A DNA stretch of 63,989 nucleotides, counting the filler, from Lama guanicoe (Eukaryota): assembly GCA_013239625.1 (NCBI GenBank). It is 77 parts of 76 records of this genome, joined end to end, with 100 filler letters (N's around TTAATTAATTAA, not from the genome) between each part and the next. Parts side by side here need not be neighbours in the genome. Positions count along the whole stretch, not along the records: positions 61,907 to 62,693 come from PNXV01021538.1; positions 62,794 to 63,363 come from PNXV01021543.1; positions 63,464 to 63,989 come from PNXV01021547.1; 74 more parts are not named here. One strand, 5' to 3'. This document shows positions 61,807 through 63,989 of this stretch, piece after piece. A program made the translations under genes and the position numbers. Below the pieces are notes generated by a model. It saw nothing but the letters and a program-made list of their open reading frames with translations, made no database searches and was not told the origin of the DNA. How positions within the stretch are numbered: the first letter of the stretch is position 1; every line of letters starts with the position of its first letter.

Positions 61807-62427
61807 NNNNNNNNNNNNNNNNNNNNNNNNNNNNNNNNNNNNNNNNNNNNTTAATTAATTAANNNNNNNNNNNNNNNNNNNNNNNNNNNNNNNNNNNNNN
61901 NNNNNNTAAACTGCTTCCCCTGCCCCCAAAGTGTTCAAGCAAGAGTCACTGTTCTAACACTATCTGTGGTTTTCTGTCTCCCGTCCTTACACTCCCTCAT
62001 GGTTAGGTCTGTGTAATATATTTTTGGCAAAAATACTAGATGCATCATATTGTGTGTTTCTCGGCGCATCACATCAGGAGGCACATGGTTGGCTTTTTGT
62101 CCCACTCAGTGATACTGTAAAAGGTCCTGTTTTGATTGAAAGGGTGGAGTTGAGAAATTTTGGTGACGGAAGTAGTGCCAACATGGCTTAATTAAAATGG
62201 AGCAGCAGGAAGACCTTGGACAGGCCATCATGTGTGCTCTGTAGCTGAACTTGAAAAGTTTTCCATGGATTCTAGCAGCAATGAAACTTTGTTTTTGACG
62301 ACTCTAGTCAGTCTATTCCAAAGCTGTTTATCCTGACCTCTTTACTAGCCTTAATCATTTTACCTGCAAAAATGTACAAACAAGAGTTGCTGTGTCTAGA
62401 CTTGTGTAGTTTTTTTTAACTTAAAAT

Positions 62428-62625
62428 AAAATTGAAGTATATAAGCAAGTTTATACTGTACAGCACAGGGTACAGTATTCAACATCTTGTAGTAACATGA
62501 TGAAAAAGAATATGAAAATGAATATATGTTCCTGTATGACTATAGCATTGTGCTCTACACCAGAAATGGACACATTGTCAACTGTCTGTACTTCCATAAA
62601 AATATATATAAAAATTTGAAGAATA
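62428..62625 (+). mobile_element. Short L1 3'-end insertion with TSD, nested in an older antisense L1 tail
   Basis: Sense 3' UTR flanked by AAAATTGAAGTATA and AAAATTTGAAGAATA. The host L1 resumes with GCAGATTTACAG..TTAGTTTCAGGTGTATGACATAGTGATT. Confidence 0.75.
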
Positions 62626-63989
62626 GCAGATTTACAGTCTTCTGTTAGTTTCAGGTGTATGACATAGTGATTTAATATTTTTAAAGATTAGACNNNNNNN
62701 NNNNNNNNNNNNNNNNNNNNNNNNNNNNNNNNNNNNNTTAATTAATTAANNNNNNNNNNNNNNNNNNNNNNNNNNNNNNNNNNNNNNNNNNNNTGCAGAT
62801 AGAATGAGAAAGTACATGAGAAACTTGTTAAGAATATGTAATATAAACATTAATAAGTGACAAACTATCATCTGAAAAAAAAAGTTGGAAAAAAGACCGA
62901 TAAACTTGCAGTGATACAGAATAAATTTAATATCAAAAACAATTTTGTTTAACTTAGAAGCCCTAAAATACTACTCTATACTAGTGTATATATATAGTCT
63001 GAAGGATGATAGTGAAATTGTCAATACATGTTTAAAAAAGAATGAACGATAGTTGCCATTGTTGAATCACTAATATGAAATGAAATGAAGTGAAATATAT
63101 GTATTTCCTACACAATTCCAGAGAGTGTGTGTGTATGAGAGAGAGAGGGAAAGAAAGAGAAAAAGAAAGAAAGAGAAAGAAAGGAAGGGACACCGGGAGG
63201 GAGAGAGAACTACATAAGATAAGCATCTCTATCTTTGGTCAGAATTTTATGTTTGGATGTGGAAATGTTTGAGTCCACTTACATTAACAAATAGATGATA
63301 ATATTTAGATTTAATATGGTATAATTTATATTCAGTAATATTCACTCATTTTACGTGTATAGTNNNNNNNNNNNNNNNNNNNNNNNNNNNNNNNNNNNNN
63401 NNNNNNNTTAATTAATTAANNNNNNNNNNNNNNNNNNNNNNNNNNNNNNNNNNNNNNNNNNNNAATACTAGGTACCCCATCTGGTTGCTATCAGAATTAA
63501 TAGGAATGCACACATAGTGAGCCCAGAAAGTGTCAGAAAAAAGCGTCCAGGACAGGAGACAGTATTCAGGAATCCTGCTAACTTGGTAAAAATCTGTAAA
63601 GCCTACCTAAATATTTCAACATGGAATTCAAGGTGTACTGAATTTTGAAATAAATGTTTTCTTGGAGCAGAGACCCCAGAAATAAAAGCCGTGAGAAAAA
63701 TCCAGAGGAAGATGCAGGGCAGTTAGAAAGCAGTCAGCTTTCTGTTTGGGATCAGCGAGAGATGGGCCTTGCGGTCTCTTGCACATGGTGCTTTTTGCAG
63801 AAGAAATGCGTAACATAAAACTCGTCCTGATTAAGGCGGGTATTGTGCTTCCCGAGGTGGCTCTTGGGCAGAACGGTTTTGAGTGGACTCGGAAGCCCCG
63901 AATTCTAAGGAGTTGAAGCCAGTGGAAATAGGCCTGACAGGGCACTGGTTATCTCTCTGTATCCAGCGTGACAAGCCTTATTCACAGTA

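Noticed and set aside
893..63409. Regular TTAATTAATTAA 'repeat-spacer' pattern resembling a CRISPR array or piggyBac TTAA sites
   Set aside because: It is always flanked by 44 N on both sides, which marks a computational linker. The 'spacers' are mammalian repeats and there are no cas or transposase genes.

Overview
This window is not one genomic locus. It is an artificial concatenation of about 77 short unplaced contigs or mini-scaffolds (roughly 0.2-1.3 kb each) from a mammalian draft assembly. They are joined by a constant 100-bp linker (44 N + TTAATTAATTAA + 44 N) that puts stop codons in all six frames, so adjacency between pieces has no biological meaning. The repeats (cetartiodactyl-type L1 3' ends, a 267-bp GC-rich satellite, a heptamer-based ATTCT-type satellite) point to a camelid; this is inference. 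Most of the sequence is three satellite families (7-bp-periodic, 267-bp, ~247-bp) plus L1, L2, MIR, LTR and Tigger fragments. Three gene-derived pieces are recognisable: an intronless KAZN (kazrin-A-type) segment that looks like a young retrocopy, the 5' exons and CDS start of a MAGE-A family gene, and an ANKRD26-family exon absent from the ORF track. There are also clear twin-primed and nested L1 insertions and several assembly artefacts. I see no support for a new multi-gene biological system. The most worthwhile leads are the KAZN retrocopy, the MAGE-A paralog and the internal architecture of the satellites.
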